Shown here piece after piece: positions 1 to 11,600 of a stretch of DNA of 64,000 bases. The notes under the pieces were generated by a model. It was not told the origin of the DNA and made no database searches. It saw nothing but the letters and a program-made list of their open reading frames with translations. The translations under genes and the position numbers were made by a program. The stretch lies in the NCBI GenBank assembly GCA_030265395.1, contig JARFYF010000007.1, positions 55,408,265-55,472,264 on the forward strand. The letters are read 5' to 3'. The first letter of the stretch is position 1. The number at the start of each line of letters is the position of its first letter. This stretch comes from Rhina ancylostomus (lineage: Eukaryota).

Positions 1-370
1 TTCCCCTTTTTAAAACAGTCCTCCAACTCTTTGGCACCGTTTGATAGCCAAGGATGAAAAGCAGCTGTTACCTCCAACCCTACTTATTTCAGCAACCTGA
101 GGTGCATTGTATCCAGACTGAGTAACTTTTCTATTTTGGGTAATGATCAACCTCAGAAATCCTTCCACATTATCCAGTTTTATCCTCTGCTTTTATTTCA
201 TTACTTCCATCTTTATAATTACGTTGACAGTACCATCTAACATAGTGAAGATGCGGATACAGGTCTCATTTCGTACCCTGGAGATTGTCTCTGCCTCCAC
301 AAGAAATTTTCTTTTCTTTTGCTCCTTAAACAGCCCTACTTTAGCTGGACTTCTATCTTTAAGTATTTAT
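1..370 (-). mobile_element. Highly decayed CR1-like LINE internal fragment
   Basis: Segments such as cagcaacctgaggtgcattgtatccagactgagtaactt resemble reverse-complemented chondrichthyan CR1 ORF2. No intact ORF. Confidence 0.35.
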
Positions 371-461
371 GGATGTTGCAGTAGTGATTGTTGTCATTAC
401 TCAGTGGGTTGGAAGAACACAGCTTGCTCATCCTGATGAATGGAAATCCACAACTATTGCC

Positions 462-625
462 CTTACAACGTTTAAAAGACATTCGGACAGGTGGATGGAT
501 AGGAGGAGTTCAGAGGCATATGGGCCAAACACAGTCAAATCGAACTAGTTCAGGTAGGCAACTTGGTCAGCATGTATAAGTTGGGCAGAAGGGCCTGTTT
601 CCTTGCTGTATGACTCTGTGAATCT
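462..625 (+). mobile_element. CR1-type LINE 3' end
   Basis: ttacaacgtttaaaagacattcggacagg...gaagggcctgtttccttgctgtatgactct. The same tail recurs near 26560, 36870 and, inverted, near 63590. Confidence 0.8.
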
Positions 626-2256
626 ATTACTGTGAGCATGCACTAAATGGTCACCTGGTCCACAAAGCAATAACCAAAGTCATCATTACTCTGAATGAAA
701 GCAATTTCATGATTTTTGCATATGTGTAGCTGAATGCAGCAATATTAAAGATGCATTAAAGTAATTCACCATGTTTCCATAGGGTGCATATGCCACAGGT
801 AAGCTGAAATTATTTGAACTGGCAAGATTTGTAAAGCAATGAATCATGTGTTTGGGTACATGAAGTCTAAATGAGTATTTAAAGATTAAACCATAATTAT
901 AGAGAACCCTCTGGCTCTTTGTAACCAAGTTCATGATATTGTACTTACCTGAATATTTTTAAACATGAGGTGTTTTAATATACATTAATTTTCCTTTGAT
1001 AGTTCAGCTTTTACTTTAATCATATATTTGCTATGATCTTTACTTATAATGTTTAAAAAGTTAATTGAAAATTGCTTCCCAGATTCCTGGATGTGAGGAT
1101 TGTGTAAAGGGACTAGCTCCCTAGGCAGGTTGGTGACAACACAGCTGCTGGCCATAGGGAATCCCTTGAAGAGATGCCTGACTATAGCAAGTGTGGGAAA
1201 GTGGGAAGCTCACTTCTGAGATGGCTGGATGATTGTGTGGAACGTTTAGTTGAGGTAAATGGGGAGTGCTGTTCCTTCATTACTGATTACAAATTCTGAG
1301 TTCCCTTCTATGTTATTTGTCAATTTATTCTCATTTTTCTTTGCCTCTCATTATTTTATCCCATGCTTCTATCCACTTTTGGTATTCAACTTGACTCTTT
1401 ACAGAATTATGAGCATATATTTTCTTTGAAATTTTAATCTTATTTTAAGTCATTCAGGGAGCTTAAATTTGGGAAGTCTTTCTTTTACTCTGCAGGGTAT
1501 CTGTCCAGTGTATATTCTCTTTGTTATCTTTCCATTGTCCATTTACAGTTATTCCTCACCCCCATTCTGAATCTCACTCTACAAATCTATCAATGACTGC
1601 CCAAGAATTGGCACCAATTCATCCAGTGAAGAGAATTAATATGAAATGTTTTGACCGGCTTGTCTGTTTCACAGCACGGATTCGCACTAGGGGGAGACAA
1701 AGAAACGGTAAACGTTTGGCCTGGCTACATGATCTAATCCACCACGTGAAAAGCGTTATTTTAGGCTGGAATTCAGAAATCTGAAGCAACCGGAAAGATA
1801 ATTTGGTTGGATATAGCGAGGTTACTACAACAAATAACTTCATTGAAATTATGTTCTGGGAAAAAAAGATGCAGTAATTATACCACCCATACCAACCCTT
1901 CAGTATGATGATCTTTATGCATTAATATAACCCTGCAGATACCGCCCGTATACTCTGATTATTTATTAAATATTTGCAAAATAGAAAATAAAGTGAACTT
2001 CCATAAATCACACGGATAAGCTTCACGTATGTAAATGGCCTTTTTAATGTACCAAACGAAAGTACTGTCCTATTTGTGATGCACACTGCTTCCAAGAAAC
2101 CAAAGAATGCAAAACTGATTCAGGCATATTTCTTTCCGTTATTTAATGAAAGAAAGATAGATATACACCCTGAAAGGAGTTCCGCTTGTGTAATGACCGC
2201 GAACTTCGCGTTTGCTTTTCACCGCTTTCATGAGATAGTGAATATTTGTTATATTA

Positions 2257-2272
2257 GGGGGAGGGAGGGAGG

Positions 2273-2302
<30 letters not shown>
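2257..2302. repeat. (GGGA)n-(GA)n compound microsatellite
   Basis: Directly visible polypurine repeat. Confidence 0.95.
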
Positions 2303-2303
<1 letters not shown>

Positions 2304-5300
2304 GTCTGGAGGTTTAATTTTATTCATCACTTAATAAAGGTACAGTGATTAAAATATAGCTGGGGCATCATCTTGAATTAACAGGAACAATGCTGAGAAT
2401 ACTTGACTGAACAATAAATTATTACGCAGTAAAACCATCCTACCGATTCCAGAGGATAAGGTTACATTGGAGCGATTTCATCTTAGAGAAATGAACATCT
2501 TTCATTTCTTTTTCATGGTTTAAGATGCCATCAGAACCTCAATATTGCACTGTTCTGACAGTGGCCTCGAGTCCAATTCTCCACGAAACAAAAGCTCATA
2601 GCATCTCGCTGCAGGGTANNNNNNNNNNNNNNNNNNNNNNNNNNNNNNNNNNNNNNNNNNNNNNNNNNNNNNNNNNNNNNNNNNNNNNNNNNNNNNNNNN
2701 NNNNNNNNNNNNNNNNNNNNNNNNNNNNNNNNNNNNNNNNNNNNNNNNNNNNNNNNNNNNNNNNNNNNNNNNNNNNNNNNNNNNNNNNNNNNNNNNNNNN
2801 NAGTGTAATAGAATTGGGGTTCATAAAGTATCCAAGACATTATAATGCTTTGAAATATTGGTCTCTTAAAGTGGAGCCTTTATGTTGGATTAAGCGCCCG
2901 TCTGCCGTCTGCTCTTCCGTCGGATTACCACTCGCTCGCTTTGATGACCTCTACGAAACTAGATAAGCCGCCCTCTTAAAATTATTACAATAAAATCATC
3001 CCTGTTATAAAATTGCGTGCGGTTGTTGCACTTTTATGAATTCATGAAATTTTCGCGAGATAAAACGAAGGCGAATTTCTTTCCAAAAGAAAGCGTAAAA
3101 AACTTTTAAGTGCAAACGCCAGGATTTCCGGGTTAGTTTTTCAGTCAATTTCTGCTGCTTGTCGTTTTATCTGGGTTCACTGAACCGGAAATCTGCCCAT
3201 GCAGGTTTCAAAGGCTGGTTTGTAGAGACTTGCCTCACCTGTCCTTGAATGAACACTTGAACTAGTTTTAGACCCTCTGCGAATAAGATCGTATCGCCTT
3301 CTCTCCCTCCCAGATACATGTGGCATTCGATCCAATGGTTGCAGTCTGCGCGGGAATGAAATCACGGTTAAATAACACCACCAAAAAACATTTTAGTTAA
3401 ACAAGTGCAAGACTTGTAAACAGGTTTAACAAAAAAAAATGTGCTCTTCCAATTGGATATTTACCAGAAATGGGAAATAAATGCGAAAGGTTAAAAAATA
3501 ACACAGCCGAGACATTTTATCCCGAGTGTCCGCCTTCTGTGCAGCGTGAGTTGTTAATTCACCTTGTCATTCAGCCAGTTCTAATACATTTCAAGTTATC
3601 CAGCTACCTTACATTTTAAACGATCCGGTACGTGAAAATCCATGATAGGACTTTTTTGACGTTGAATACCTGAAGCAGACGTGTTCGGAAGCTTTCCATT
3701 TGATCAGCTAAAGAATTCTGCTTTACTTATATAAAGAGTAGACTGGGAGAAATCATTTGGCATTATAGTTGGAGACGTACAGTTTTTTTTAATAGTGCCT
3801 CTTGTCTGACATAACTGCAGCAACTTAAAAGAAGTTTTTATTTAATTTTCAATTTGATTCACCACGTGAACTACTTTATCAGATATTTAGAAATAACAGC
3901 GTATATAAATAAGTTATGACATGCTAACTTTATCAATACATATAAAACAGTCATTAAAATCTATCAGATTCTACATTTAAAATTATAATCTACGTTTAAA
4001 ATTTTATCTCATAATCAAAATGTAGCAACACGCCAACGTATCTCAAACATTTTATAACCTATTTTGATTTTTGATCCATTTCTACAATGCGTCGCGGAAT
4101 GTTGAAGAAATGTTGACTTGCCAAAAAAATGGGGTGGGGGGGAACACTCAATAAAATTAAATAAAAATCACAAAATAAAGTATCTTATGGCCAACTACGT
4201 GACTACCTGCTTAATATAAATTGCCAAAAAATGTTCTATTTTAAGAGGGGCGAGATAAATATTTAAGGGGCACAAACTTGATTCTGAATGCTTTATATTT
4301 AAGACTTCGACGCTGAACTCTGCTGCCACGTTTAATTTGTTTCTGTATTATAGACCTGGAAATGTAATACCCTACCAATATTATCAAACGGTCTTGAAAG
4401 GTCTAGTGTTATTCTGACAGGTGATAAATAATAATTTATAATACTACCGCGCATAACGAATGCATTGAGGAGCATTGTAGGACAATGTCTATTTAATGGG
4501 CTTGTGAATTTCCTTTGAACTAGCTTTCTGGATCTAGTGCAATAGGTAACTGATACCATTCCGGTTCATCGCGGAGTAGTTTCTTTATAGATCGGGTGCA
4601 GTGTTGATATTTCCTATTCCTTTGGCTTCGCGGTGCTGCCAATTCTTCTTGTCTGGGTCACAGTAAAAAGGGAAAGATCAGACAGTTAGCAAATCCGCCA
4701 TTTCCTGTAGGTTTGAGGTTAAAATTAAAACTATGCCCAGAAAACAGATCTAAGTAACAGTTCTGCAGATTCACCTCGGAAATAAAACAAAATAACGTAG
4801 CTTTTCGGCAATTTTGACTACTTGTTAGTAACCACTGTTAGTGACCACTGTTCACAATGTACGAGGCACTAGCAGGCGTGAATTTGCGATAACTAATTCC
4901 CCGCTGCTCCTTTGCATTTTAATCTACTTTTCAATACGGAAATACAGTTCTCACAAACTGTAGTCTGCGGTCCGTAGGTAACGCAAGCCGAGAAGTAACA
5001 GGAAATGTAGTGGAGATAAGATTTTACAAAAAAACCGCACGTTTCGACTGCTGTTGGAACTTAATTCGTCCCAGTTAACGGGAACGCTGCAAGTTAACGG
5101 GATACCCTCTTTGCGGAGCTCCACGCTAAAAAGACAGTCTTTAGTTTGATTTAAATTTTGTTGAGTCACCAAACTGAAGAACTTCAACCCTCCTCAAAGC
5201 TTATTTCCTCTCCCGCCCATCTATGTTATTAATTACCAAACGTTCCACCGACTTGAGGAGCATCGTGTAAATTGCTGCATAAAATTCTGCAGTAAACGTG

Positions 5301-7799
5301 TCGACAGCTGTAGTCGTTAGGGGTGATGTTGAAAGGGTTTACGATCATTTCTAATGTTTTGCTGTTATTGGGAGACACGCGTGACGATTTCTGTTTAACT
5401 CATTTCGTCCCACTTCGGTCGGCAAGGGAAGCAAACGCCCAGATTATCACTAGAAGTATTTCACCAAAAACAAAAATTGCTAATGCACTTTTAATTAAAT
5501 GCAAAATGGTCTAATAATTGATCTTGATACTTAGAATGAAATTGCGAACTTGGATTTGAGTCCATATTTTGACTATACAGCTTTATGCCCAACTCTCCAC
5601 TGTGACAGAATAGAGTTACTCATTGTTACTTACAAACTCCGAAGGCAAAATGGGAATGGGGCTAAAACAACACTCGAAATAGAGGGCGCATGGAGAGACA
5701 ACTGGAGTTAACACAAATTCATCTCATGGATAGCTCTTTGCATTCAAGTTTATCACGATAAGTATGGGACCATTTAGGATATTTTCACGTGGGCTGATCC
5801 AATCTATTGGGCGTTAAAAACAATAAACCAAGATTCACCATAACGTCCCGCCTTCAATTCATTATTTAGAGCTATTTACTATCAATGTAAAATTAAGAAT
5901 TGAAATTAAATTTAAGTTAATTATGTTCTGAGGGAGTTTTGTTTTTGACTTTTCAACATTTTCAAATCTCGACAGCTGAAGCCGAAAACAGAAAGGAAGG
6001 TTTCTCTTTACCTTTAGAAAACTTGTCATCGTTCAGGATGATTCAATCACCCGTACTGCCTTTGTTTTACTTTTCTTATTTAATGCCACAATCCAGGTTC
6101 ACAATTAAAATCCAACCCAAATACTAACTAACCACAGCCAATTGGAACCCCATCTGAGCCATTATATCCCTTCCAGCCTGGCCAAACTCACAGACACCGA
6201 CAGAATATCAAGCTGGACACCTGGACATTAACACCTGAAGCAGGTGCTCTGAGTCCAGGCAAACCTCTCCTCCACCCCGCAGGATGGCACAGCTTGACTG
6301 TGNNNNNNNNNNNNNNNNNNNNNNNNNNNNNNNNNNNNNNNNNNNNNNNNNNNNNNNNNNNNNNNNNNNNNNNNNNNNNNNNNNNNNNNNNNNNNNNNNN
6401 NNTGAACATTTGTTTGATCTATAAAACTGACACGCTTTTCGCACCTTCTGAGCCCTTGCCCCACATTTAAATAGAGTCAGCCCATAAGGAGCATGCACTA
6501 TTTGCGGCCTTTGTCCAAGGCGACCCTTTCTTGCATTTTCCACTAACTGTACTTGAATGTACAAAGACAAATTCCACTATTTGTACACTACATCCGCCAT
6601 TGATTGGAAAATCGTGTTTCTTTAGATGATTGTGCATTTAGGGTTTCCCATTTCCAAAATGTATCTTCTTGGTATAGATTCGGGAGAATTGTAACTGCAT
6701 GAGAACAGCTTGTGCCAGAGGTTTATGGCAGAAAGTGATCAAGTGGAGGAATATCAACCACTGCTGCTGGAACTCTGGTTCATATTTTAACGACTCTCGT
6801 TATACAAACAAAAAAACAACCAAACATATTCCAAAAAACATTGTGGTTGCTTAAGAACATATCGTATTCGGTGAAAATTGTACATAGGACTCCGATCTCT
6901 GAAAGGGTTCTAAGTCTGGGTTTTAGCTTTTTTTCTCGGATGTTCAGTTCCCACGAACCTCGAAAGTTGCTATGCTAAATTATTTCAATACATTTGAAAG
7001 AAAGTAAATGAACAAATCAAAGGGGCCTTCGTAGTGTTTCAGTGATGAATATTACATCGAAAATAAAGTTTACCGTGCAGTGGGATCCGCTGTGAGCGCG
7101 CCTCCGGACTGAAGGCGATGAGACCAGCGATTCATCGAGGCGACATCTTCTGAAACGTTCAGGTAAAACCTCTAGTGGGCGCTGTGGATCCATGAAAAAG
7201 GCGAAGGTCGGTGGGACCCTGGCTGGCGCCTGGCTTGTCCTACCTTTCCATCATTGCATTTAGTGCCCAGCCCAGGCGTGTCATTCCTCCGATACAGCAG
7301 CACAACATGGAACTGCAGCAAGTCATTGAATAGTGCATAACCGCGCACTTCAGTGAACGGCGCAGTTATTTACCCTGCGAGTAAATGTTTTTTTTTGTTA
7401 TTTTAACGATTTGGTTTTCCTTCTTCATTTGACTCGTGAATACCCTTTCTCCTTCCCCGCCCCTCCCCCAATAATTGCTCCGTTAGAGAAAAATTCACAG
7501 GGAATTACGGGGAACCATATTGTAAAGTGTAAACTTTATCAATTTATCGAAGGGGTACTGTATACGATGACCAAAGGACATTTCCACCCCTCACCCACTT
7601 TCCATCTTCTATTATCCAAATAAGACAGTAATGAGATTTGTGATACACTGCATTGCTTCCAATTATCAAGTGCAAGTGAAATAGTGTAAGGATTTACAGA
7701 GAAACGCTTCAGCTATGCTTATTTGTTTAGTTTTATTTGGTTACCTGTGCTGTTAGGCAAGCTGCGAATAAACTCACCAAGATCAGCCTTAATCCGATG

Positions 7800-8000
7800 A
7801 AATAACAATGGGGGAACGCCTGAACAATTTGAACGACTCTTCATGCAGCCAATGAGAGCGCGGTGTTGCCTGTCAGTCAGGTGGAGCTACAGCTGCAGGT
7901 GGCCGGAGGGACCAATGAACGGGCGGCAGGCGCGGGCGCGCTCTCACGGTGGGTTAGTGGGAGGTATAAAGCTTTCTTGCAAAGAGCAAGCTCATCACGT
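7800..8000 (+). promoter_or_regulatory. EFNB2 core promoter (two CCAAT boxes, GC box, TATA box, predicted TSS near 7995)
   Basis: CAGCCAATGAG (CCAAT 7849-7853), GACCAATGA (7912-7916), GGGCGG 7921-7926, TATAAAG 7965-7971, and an Inr-like TCATCAC about 30 nt downstream. CpG-dense and about 540 nt upstream of the ATG. Confidence 0.75.
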
Positions 8001-8510
8001 CCTGGATCGTGAAAGTGACCAAGTGGAGCGCAGAGCGACATACACAACACACACAACACACACATCACACACAGAGCGCGCTTGCATGCGCGCACATCGT
8101 CTCGTACCTCTGTTGACAACCCATCGGACAGACTCGGGCATCGCAAACAGCAAAGGTTAAAAGAGAAAAGACGGGTTGCAACTGAAAATTTGGCTCATCC
8201 TGCTGTTGCGATGCAAGCAAGTGCCTAGCTGCAAAAGAGTTGCAGCAATTTACAGGAACACAAGGGGAATGAGGAGGACATTCTGCCGAGTGTGAGATCC
8301 GGAGCCCCCGCTCAGCAAACAACTCCAGTGGATCAGTAGCGACAGGAACGCCAGGGTCCATTTCAAGTTTCGACGAGGCAGTCTCGGATCAAAAGTGTGT
8401 TTTTGGTAAAAGGATACCGTTGAGACCTTTGCGAGGAGTCGCACCCAGGACAAGGACAGGCAAATATATATATTTATACCAGTACTGTCGGAGAGCAGTG
8501 ATCGGCGACG
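7995..8510 (+). other. Predicted 5' UTR of EFNB2 with three short uORFs
   Basis: Lies between the TATA-predicted TSS and ATG 8511. uORFs at 8086-8160, 8211-8228 and 8269-8295. The TSS is inferred. Confidence 0.6.
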
Positions 8511-8629
8511 ATGGCGATAAGGAACTCGCTTTGGAAATACTATTTGGGAGTTTTGTGCGTTTTCTGCAGGGTGGCTGTATCAAACTGTGAAATATTGGCA
8601 CCTATATATTGGAATTCCTCAAATCCCAA
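8511..8629 (+). CDS. EFNB2: Ephrin-B2 coding exon 1 (signal peptide and start of the receptor-binding domain)
   Basis: ATG at 8511 (acgATGG, good Kozak) reads MAIRNSLWKYYLGVLCVFCRVAVSNCEILAPIYWNSSNP plus AA, then donor AA|GTAAGT at 8630. It resembles human EFNB2 MAVRRDSVWKYCWGVLMVLCRTAISKSIVLEPIYWNSSNSK. Phase 2 fits exon 2. Too short for the ORF track. Confidence 0.93.
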
Positions 8630-11600
8630 GTAAGTGAAGGTCCTGATCAGGCTTCACACCTGCAACTTTGGTATTTTATTTCTTATCATGTAAATATGCA
8701 CAACTCGGTACAAGGTGGAAGTGACCGGTGAGGGTAGCCCCCCCCCCCCGAGCTCAGTGCTATTGTAATCACAAAGATGTGATAATCGACACACGTGCAA
8801 TATATCGCATTTAAAGGGACCCTCCAGTAAGTGCAGGGGAGGCTTGAGCAGTCCGTCAGGGTGAACACAGTGGTTGCTTGTTTAGACTGAAGCCGGAGGA
8901 GAATGCTAGAAGCGGGGATTTCATGGGCACGGTAAAACTGTTGGCCGTCCTTTTTATACGGGCGCTGGTTACTTAATTATTATTGGCCTTGATTTGTGGA
9001 AGGGAAAATGTTACCGTGTGGGGGGAGAGGGGTGGAATTTACAAGCGGTGGGAATTGAAAGTAGACCGGTGTTTACAGCACAGATTCAGTTTGTCAGGGT
9101 GACTCGGCTGGGAGGAGAGGAGAGCGGCGAGACAGAAACGGGACACGGTTGGGTCGAAATAGAGACCAGGCAGGGAACAAACCCATTCTTAATAAACGTG
9201 CTTCTTAGCCCCAGAGCGATATCTGTTCTGAGCAGCGGGCAAATGGTCAAGGAAGCAGGTGGCGTTAGTGCAGGATTCGGGCTCATGTTCGGCAGTGTGG
9301 AGCGATTCTACCTGTCTACGTGTTGGTTCAGATTCTCCAGCCAAGATTGAACCAGTATCCGAGGCTCTGCCGGAATTTTAACTGCAAGGCGATTATCTCC
9401 AGGAAATCTAATCTGTTACACAGACTTCATTCGTGATAAATCGCAAACGCAGGTTATAGTCGGTGTGCAAGATCGAGCTGAAGAAATCTCCCCTCGTTCC
9501 TGCAGGGAGATACGCATGTATTAAATAAAGGCCGACGACTATGTTTAAACTCTAAGTGATCGCCCCTTTGCCCGCTTACCCCAAACTCTTCTGCCTTGCT
9601 TAAAGTATGATTTGATTCTCCGGTCACTGTTTCAGATTGCATTCGGTACCTTTAGTAAAATAAGAGGAAAGGAGGCACAAAACATTTCTCCGAAGAATTT
9701 TAAGTTACTCCAAGCCTGTTTTTGTTTAGTAATGTTGTCGTCTCATCGATTCCGTCGGGAGGATGATGATCCTTTTAGATTTTAGTGCGGAGTCTATCAC
9801 TTTACGTGAATGAAAAACACAAACAGTTAAATCTGAATCTGTGTTCGCCTGGGAACTGCCTTGTCAATGAATCAGCATCTTATCGGAGTTTCGTTAAATC
9901 TTTAGTTTGAAACTCATTGAGCAAATGTTTGNNNNNNNNNNTTAAAGTGTTACAGTAAATTAAGTGCCCCAGCTACCAACAACAGGTTAAGATAAGAAGC
10001 TTGATGACAAATCTAAATATGCTCAGCTCTGGTACCGTGTTAATTATCCGCCCTTTCCTGCCCCATCCCTTCAAAGTTTAATCACTTGTTAGCCTCGCCC
10101 CGTCACTAATTTAAAGTTACCATAGAATTTCCCCCGGCATATATGCACCAGCTCACAAATGAGTAGAATTTGTTTTATGTATAGGAAGACTTTTTATGTT
10201 TAGCGTTATTTAAATCCCAAAGAGTCAAACCCCATGGCGCTATACGCCTTTTAACGCTCCCGTAACATTTCATGATCCTTGTTTGCAGAATACAGAATAA
10301 AAATAAAATGCGGAAATTATTCCATTCCACAGATGGCGGGGCATCTAAATTACCCCGAGGAGTACAAAATGCAGCTTGTTCTTTGCTTCAGGGCTCTCTG
10401 CCTCTTTCTCAGGCACAAACTCCGGAGATTGCCGTCTGTTTTCTTGTTTAAGGACGCATGCAGCCCACAAAGAGGTGGGAGACGGGTAGGAAGGAGCACT
10501 GCTGGTCAGGGCCTGTTTGCTGCTGTAAATCAGGGATCGATGGAGGGTGATCGAACTCGCCCAGGTTTGGATTAGATTTAGAACCAGAATAAAACATTGT
10601 AAAATTGATTGAAAAATCGCATTACAGTCTGGCCATTTATCTTCAGCCAAGTGACACTTTCGTTCAATAAAAGTTGCGTCAGTTTTCTTCGGCACGTTGG
10701 AGAGAAAGAGTTGTGGAACTTGCTTTTACCGCGCCATATGCTCCAAATAAAGTGTTCATAAAATCCCGAGAAGCGGGTATTCTTGCCCAGTGTGACTTCA
10801 GCTTCATTTAGTAGTCAGCCGGCAGGTGCAAATTTTTGCTCAGCTTTTATCTGGGAGAAATGGTCAATTGAAATGCAGCAACATACAGCGAGCAGAAGGC
10901 GCGAGCTAGCTAACTTTGCTCGACTAGTCGCCAAAGAGAATCGATTTGTCNNNNNNNNNNGCTCTCTGCTATTTCTTCGGGTATGCACCGCAGTGTCACT
11001 CCAACAACACTACCGAGAGTGGCTTGCTCCAGTGTTCGCGTCAGTTACCATAAACAAAATTGCGAGGGGATTGCAAGTGAATCATTCTTCAATTTTCTCC
11101 AAGGTCACCCCAGCCGTCGCTGATTCAGAGACAGTCGGCAAGACCAGTGGTTATAAATCTCGGTGGTTAAAGGACAACACTCGCCAAAAATAGACAAATA
11201 CAAGCTGGTGTAGAAATTGCTTGAATCAGCCAATACTTCTCAACTTTTAGTTGTTGGTTCTGGGACACTCTGGGATGGAAAGCATTTGGTTGGATTTGGA
11301 ACATTTCAGATTTTAAAATGTCTGTAAAGAACGTGGCAAAACGAGCAGTGTAGGCCTAACGCAACAAATTGGTGATTGCGGTAACCTGATAACGTTCTGT
11401 TTCCCTTTACAAAACGAGCACAAATCTTTGCAAGTAAGCTTTTCTTGTGCGGAACGGTAATGTAAGCCAATCTTGTTCGTCATTGTGCTTGCAAAGTTCA
11501 AAATTTGACTTGTTTTGGTATTTTGCGGTTAAATATTCATTTTATAACCTATCTGAATATGCACTTTAAGTAAGCTCAGACATTCAACACAAGAGGTATA

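Noticed and set aside
2520-2845. ORFs spanning N runs (also near 6.3, 34.3, 36.5, 40.3 and 63 kb)
   Set aside because: They are open only because N codons contain no stops.
3969-5102. Short direct repeats (19-bp pair near 3970, 13-bp pair at 4823-4848, AGTTAACGGGA at 5073 and 5092)
   Set aside because: Only two copies each, consistent with ordinary slippage duplications. There is no array or CRISPR-like structure.
7843-8160. 105-aa ORF over the promoter
   Set aside because: It starts upstream of the TATA box, runs through a CA-rich repeat and resembles no known protein. Only its 3' part is kept as a uORF.
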